DNA of 64,000 bases from Eledone cirrhosa (taxonomy: Eukaryota). Shown here one piece after another: positions 62,766 to 64,000 of the stretch. The stretch covers positions 288,424,001 through 288,488,000 of the forward strand of contig OZ024742.1 of assembly GCA_964016885.1 (NCBI GenBank), written 5' to 3'. How positions within the stretch are numbered: position 1 is the first letter of the stretch; every line of letters starts with the position of its first letter. The notes under the pieces are model-generated. The model searched no databases and had not been told where the DNA came from. It saw nothing but the letters and a program-made list of their open reading frames with translations. A program made the translations under genes and the position numbers.

Positions 62766-62984
62766 CACTTTGGCGCTGCTATTGGAATGATGCGTAAGAC
62801 AGTGTTGCACAAAAGATGGACAGTCTAGATTACGGACACCACAGTAAGGACACTGGAACGTTGACCTGTTGGGAACATTACTGGGACATGGTTGTGAGGT
62901 AGGGGCTACTGGTTTGAACTGAGGCATCTTTTGGTCCATTTTACTGCACTGCATTGAGTGCTGTTTCAATTTGGAGAGACTCAT
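62766..62984 (-). CDS. RNF166: RING-UIM E3 ligase RNF166-like, zinc-finger exon (RING exons lie beyond the window)
   Basis: cttcag|ATG...GTG|gtaagt; PTSQPCPSNVPNRSTFQCPYCGVRNLD...HC...H resembles RNF166 PTSQPIPSNIPNRSTFACPYCG. Confidence 0.92.
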
Positions 62985-63189
62985 CTGAAGATAGAGGCAG
63001 AGAGGTTCAGAACAGAGAACAACAACAAACATCAAATCAACAGTCCACCAATATTACCTAATACTACCATCCACCATCATCACGTATCCAGAGAGAAACC
63101 TTTTGTGGTCAGCAATCACAATTTCAGAGCACCCTCTCCACAGGTGATTAGGTCACCTAGATAACAAAAGGGGTCAAGAACGTCTAGGG

Positions 63190-63770
63190 AGCCTCCATGG
63201 TGACTGAGGGAATATCTTTCCTGTATACTCTTAGTGCCTACTTCTGTGCATCTGCTGCAATTTTGCATCTGACTCCTCCACAAATTCAGCTTTAAGGACT
63301 AGATCTTCAGCATACACGAGTTCCCATGTAGCACCAGTTTTAAACTCCTCAGTTATGGCCTGAAGGGAGATGATGAACAGATATAAAATGAGGACTCAAC
63401 AGCAGCATTTCTAGTCATTGCCAACTTTCCCCTTGCTGATTGCCTCTCTATACATGCTTGCATAGCCCTCAAAAGCCATTCATCTAAACCTAGCTTTCTT
63501 AGTGCCAACCAGATTATAGAGCGAGGCACCCTGTCAAAGGCCTTCTCCAGATGTACAAAAAACAGGTACAGGGGTTTACTCTAAAGTAAGTACTTTTCCA
63601 CAAGGAAATTGGCATCTGCTTGGGATAAAGTCAAACTGCATCTCATCTAGCTTGATTCTGTCCCTAATTAGTTGTGTTACAATCCTTTCGGTAACTTAGT
63701 TACTTCTCTCAGAGCATCTCCTTTACTATTGTAGCTGTTCACAATGATACTGATATCCCAGTCATATTGG
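63190..63770 (-). mobile_element. Highly decayed RTE fragment
   Basis: Remnants of DEMQF, FVHLEKAFDRVPRSIIW and PWEL similar to the RTE copies above. Confidence 0.7.
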
Positions 63771-64000
63771 TAAGAGTGTTGGACTTACGATGATAATGTT
63801 GTGGGTTCGATTCCTGGCTCGAGACAAACTTTAGACTTTATATATACTGTATATATATACATCCTCTTCTTGCTATATCAAGCGTTAACCTAAAATATCC
63901 TTTCCATATACTGTACCAATTGTGTTGTTATTTCTGTTTACCTTTTACATATATATATATATATATATATATGTAATTCAATGATATTAAATAAATGGAA

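Overview
AT-rich, intron- and repeat-rich animal DNA. The tRNA-derived SINEs, (GAT)n-tailed RTE LINEs and long (TA)/(CA) tracts suggest an octopus or other coleoid cephalopod (inference). Three spliced host genes were reconstructed by hand from GT-AG exons with consistent phases: the last 8 coding exons of a TTC39-family gene (+, 599-17360), a complete BABAM1/MERIT40 CDS (-, 7 exons, 359 aa, 29623-37303) and the last 3 exons of RNF166 (-, 57518-62984). The rest is mobile DNA: RTE LINEs carrying a PHD-like finger inside the RT, a nested RTE/LTR/RTE stack, a twin-primed LINE, L1/Tx1 and CRE relics, a Tigger, piggyBac-like MITEs, non-coding LTR elements, solo LTRs, SINEs and minisatellites. The two most interesting signals are: (1) a 2.8-kb ORF-less Penelope/retrozyme-like foldback element in an RNF166 intron with a type I hammerhead ribozyme motif in each 1.3-kb arm; (2) a young non-coding LTR element whose duplicated primer-binding site copies about 32 nt of tRNA-Trp, with a mismatch exactly at the m1A58 position. 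All alignments and family calls were made by eye, with no database searches.
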